This document shows positions 59,640 to 64,000 of a stretch of DNA of 64,000 nt, in pieces. Below the pieces are notes generated by a model. The model worked only from the letters and a program-made list of their open reading frames with translations, was not told where the DNA came from and ran no database searches. The position numbers were made by a program, and so were the translations under genes. How positions within the stretch are numbered: the first letter of the stretch is position 1; each line of letters opens with the position of its first letter. The stretch lies in assembly GCA_002269645.1 (NCBI GenBank), contig NIVC01001803.1, positions 30,123 to 94,122 on the forward strand. The letters run 5' to 3'. The DNA is from Macrostomum lignano (Eukaryota).

Positions 59640-60460
59640 AAGATCCAGCAGTGTCAGTTACACAGCTGTTAGGGACTAGTTATGGTGCTGGAACTCTAGC
59701 CATAACCATCTTTGCAGCTCTGCTTGCAGCTGCTGAGCTGCATGACTACGCATGTATATAACTTTGGCGGATTGGTTTTTACCAACATTAAAACTGATGT
59801 TAAAATGTACATAGTAAGAGTGGGGTGGCTATATACTAGACGACAAAAATTATGGGGTAGCTGACCAAGGAGTGAGGGGTGACGGGTGAGTGAGTCATCA
59901 TGTGGAATCATGCACATGCTTTGTACATTTTAACATTGGTTTTAACGTTGGTAAAAATTATCAGCCAAAGTTATTTTCATGACAAGGCATATGCCTATAT
60001 TCAATCAGTAATGGACAATGGTAATGGCTAGAGTTCTGGCACCGGAACCCGTTTTCTAGCAGTTATGGATCCAGCAGTGCCATATAGAAGCATATAATTC
60101 AATACTACTAAGAATAATTTTAAGAAATCTGTTCCATCTCTATAATAATGGCACTGCCAGATCCATAGCCGTTAGAAAATGGGTTCCGGTGCTGGAACTC
60201 TAGGAATCTAGCCATTGCCTATGAGCTATACTCAGTTATAACAGTTATAACCTGTTAAATATGATACAGCCACTGGAAATGACTAGTTCTAGCACCAGAA
60301 CCAGTTCTCTAACAGCTGTCACAGTGTAAATGGCAATGGAAGCCTAACTTTAATGTATAAACATCTTATAATGATGGCTGGCAATGCTTCATTTATAATT
60401 TCTTATTTTAATTTTGCAAATGTTCATTTTCTAACAGCTATGAATCTAGCAGTAGCAGTG
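59640..60460. repeat. Cluster of short inverted and direct repeats (MITE-like family)
   Basis: About 57-bp imperfect inverted pair at 60029-60085 and 60149-60204, with partial copies near 59640, 60280 and 60430. Confidence 0.6.
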
Positions 60461-60580
60461 CCATTTAAAAGCATATAATTTTTTTAAAAACTCCTAAGCT
60501 AAGATTAATAAGTTAAGAATATATTGTCAATTGTCAAAAGTTCTAATCAAGCATTAGTTGGAATTAAAAGTGTAACAAGC

Positions 60581-61168
60581 GTTATTCTTCTGTCTATGAA
60601 ATTATTCTTAAAGCTGCCACCAAAGTTGTGGTAGGGACCAAAGTTGTGGTAGGGGTGACTTCTTTCTTGATAATATCCCACTAATGCCACCAAGTTGTGA
60701 CAGGTTTTTTGCCTCTATACTAATATTTCTTAGTAATTTCTTGGAATTTTTATTTAAATATAGCGGTTTCAGTAGCGTACGGATAGCGTCTTATGTATTA
60801 GTCTGGTAGCGTCCTATATATTAGTCTGGTAGCGTCTTATGTATTAGTCTGGTAGCGTCTTATATATTAGTCTGGTTATTCTTCTGTCTATGAAATTATT
60901 CTTAAAGCTGCCACCAAAGTTGTGGTAGGGACCAAAGTTGTGGTAGGGGTGACTTCTTTCTTGATAATATCCCACTAATGCCACCAAGTTGTGACAGGTT
61001 TTTTGCCTCTATACTAATATTTCTTAGTAATTTCTTGGAATTTTTATTTAAATATAGCGGTTTCAGTAGCGTACGGATAGCGTCTTATGTATTAGTCTGG
61101 TAGCGTCCTATATATTAGTCTGGTAGCGTCTTATGTATTAGTCTGGTAGCGTCTTATATATTAGTCTG
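60581..61168. repeat. Apparently perfect 294-bp tandem duplication containing a 22-bp subrepeat
   Basis: 60581-60874 repeats at 60875-61168; the subrepeat TATTAGTCTGGTAGCGTCTTAT continues to about 61225. Confidence 0.9.
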
Positions 61169-61310
61169 GTAGCGTCTTATGTATTAGTCTGGTATCGTCT
61201 TATGTATGTCTGGTAGCGTCTTATGTATGGCCTGAGCAGTCTAGTACAGGTACATGAACTTCAATAATGAGTCCTAGTCGGGTGTTCCCGAGATTAGAGG
61301 GTCACAGCAC

Positions 61311-61312
<2 letters not shown>

Positions 61313-61385
<73 letters not shown>
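61313..61385. repeat. (CT)n microsatellite
   Basis: Directly visible. Confidence 0.98.
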
Positions 61386-64000
61386 CGAATCTTTCTTGTA
61401 TATTTCCCCATCCTTTCTCTCAGTACTTTTCTCAGTACTTACTTAGATGGTAATTGTTTCAAGTGTTAACCATAACCATAAGTGTTAACTGTCTCGCTAG
61501 ACGCTTGTCACCATAACAATAACAACTGCCCATATTTTAATGGCAATGGCAATGCAAGATCCATATCCATAGCTGTTAGTAGGGACTTCAATGAGATAAA
61601 TATAAATATGACCAAATGAAAAAATGTGAAAAAAAACTTTTTTCTAGCTTAAAAATAACCTAGATAACAAAGAATAGAAATAAGTGGTAGAAAAAGACAT
61701 ATTCTATTGGAAAAATACTTTCCAATAATATATCATATGGATTAATTGATTAAATTCTTGCAATTAAGAAAATTGTTTTAGTCAATGTATTTTGCCTATA
61801 AAAATTTAATGCAATTATTTTGTTAAGCACCATGGGTTTTTATTTTTCCATTTAATTTCTTATGCAAAAATGATTACAAATTTATATTTTGCAAAAAAGT
61901 TTTGCCTAGCTCTTGGTGCTCACTAAAATAAGTGTATCAATAAATTACAAACGAATTCCCATAAGAAATCATATTTTAAAATGAGGTGAAAGAGGCAGCT
62001 CTAACTTTTTTTTATTTTCTAATTGGAAAACAATGCAGAGATAAGTTAGATAAAATTGCATGTTACTACACAATGGCACACTGATAAAAAGATAGCTTTT
62101 TGTATATTCATAGGCATAATATACATATAGCTATTTTTTCTTCTATAGCCTAAAAATAAATTAAATTATTTTTAATAGAAGTAACACTCAATCTTAAGTA
62201 CAAGTTTAATTTAAAATAAGTACAAAAAACTCTGACTTTTTACAAATCAGTCAATCTATTTTTACATCCAATTTGTGATTGATGATTATTATGCATGGCA
62301 GCCGTGCCTATAAGCTCCCATATTAGAGACATGGCCACCCACAGTGTCGTGTGAACCCATTCAATATTAATGATACAGCTGCCATGCAAGTTTCATTGAC
62401 ATGGTGGTCATGTCTCTAATAGTGACTGGCGACCATGTCTATAAGTTTTTGCCTATAGATTTATCAATGAATGATTTATCAATGAATATGTGAATTTATC
62501 TCACTTATCTCTTCAGATTTCCATGGATTCATTCATTGAAGAAAACACGCTGTATTATACAGCGCTAGAGGTTAGTTTCTTCTTGACGATTACCTTCTCT
62601 GTTCATTTTTATTGATATTGAAATCTTATACTGTAAAATAAGAGGTGACTTGGCGACTTGGTGACTTGGCTTGTGCGCTGTGGGTGGAGTTGCATGTGTA
62701 ATGTACTCTATGCACCTTGTGCCATCGCTTAATCCCCCTTAACTCACTTGTCAAGGGTGTGCTTCATCACTTAGAAACTTGCGTTGACTTGTAGTCCCCT
62801 AATCCTTCGCACAATCATTACATGCACACTTAGGCATCGACTGAAAATATATAGTGCGTCGTTTCTTTACAGAAATCCTCCATATAAGTGAGTAAAAACA
62901 ACTTGACTCCCCCAAACTCTGAATGCAGCGTTTCATTCCTAAGTGTGGAATGACTTTCTGTTACTCGAATTTGCATTTAGCGCTTGCATCTTTCAGCAGC
63001 TTAAGTTGCGTGTTCAGGCCCTAAATCTTATATAACTAAAGTAGCAACCCCCTCCTGACTACCCCCTAGAAGTTCTACTTGAATGCAGGGAAAGCTTGCT
63101 GTCTGCTGGGGGAATGCTTGCTGTCTGCTGTGGAAATTTGCTGTCTACTGGGGGATGCTTGCTGAAGATAGTTACGACAATGCAGCAACCCTTGACAACA
63201 ATACGACAAGCCTTGAGAGTTAAAATGTATGTTTAATATTTGCCCACCCTGAAAGGGTTGCTCAGATTGTAGTTCTTTATTTCCGCAGTTTGCCGAGCCC
63301 GGAGTCCAAGTCCGCGGACAGTGGCGCGCCGCCCGGACACGGCGCCGGCCCCAGCACGGATGATCATGAGGAGGACTAGCTTCTAAAGTCCTAGCTACAC
63401 TAGCTGCAATTGTCAGGAAAATCCTGAATTGTCAAAATGAAACATTTAATTTCGTTCAAAGCATTTTACTTAACATAAGTAGCAAGTTAAAAACATCTTT
63501 TGCTGGCCAAGCCAGAACTTCATACGAATAAAGTAGCATTTTACCATCTTTGGATTGACAAAAACGCGTCTTCAATTTTTTCATTATAAAAATGCCAAAG
63601 ATTTCTGAAGAATATAACTGAATTACATTCCGGAAAAGGAAATAGAGATATTTTTAGCTTCTTGGCACAATAATTGTACTAAAATATCACAGTAAAAATG
63701 GGCTTCAGTAAGCAGATTTTTCTAGGAACAGGATTAGATATTTAGACCGCAATGACTCATAGAGATGCTGAAAAAAACATCTTTAAATCCAGAAGAAGCT
63801 CTAGCAAAGAAGCATATAGCTGATGAAAAAATGATAGCTGATTTAGATGCGATTCCAACCAGTGACTTGTCTGTGAAAGAGAGACTCATTCGAATCTAGT
63901 AAAACGTAAGTAGTAGTATGATATAAGAGGCTGCGCCACACTTAATGCTCGGGCGCATTTCGCGCCAGCTCGCTGGATGACTCAGCCCCTTATATCATAC

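Noticed and set aside
62510-63910. Isolated exon-like pieces (ISMDSFIEENTLYYTALE; LPSPESKSADSG..; LNPEEALAKKHIADEK..)
   Set aside because: Splice sites are plausible, but the pieces are short, partly stop-interrupted and cannot be linked within the window.

Overview
Eukaryotic, intron-containing and very repeat-dense DNA, probably from an invertebrate. The short 40-80 nt GT-AG introns and minisatellite style suggest a free-living flatworm such as Macrostomum, but that is a low-confidence impression. No CRISPR array, rRNA or true tRNA gene is supported. The first ~29 kb hold a locally duplicated minus-strand family of ankyrin-repeat/protein-kinase genes (copies A, B, C; four kinase domains, all with an atypical HRDINCSN catalytic loop). 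Copy A can splice two kinase domains in tandem. These genes are mixed with minisatellites, Gypsy relics, a CRE-like non-LTR 3' fragment, a SINE and a decayed mariner. The rest is a nest of mobile elements: a near-pristine Mag-type Gypsy element (identical-length LTRs, CAATT TSD) in an intron of an unidentified spliced gene, a complete Chapaev transposon (370-bp TIRs, TAGT TSD, intact ORF), a Tc1/mariner deletion derivative, a truncated piggyBac, a decayed KDZ transposase with its CxC cluster, a CORE-like SINE, and a virus-like block of decayed ORFs. The most notable observation is two type-P1 twister ribozyme motifs at 57.45 and 58.80 kb. Each ends a copy of an uncharacterised repeat, their predicted cleavage sites are 1356 nt apart, one copy is 5'-inverted, and the first is followed by a sequence complementary to its own loop. 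All calls were made by eye without database searches.
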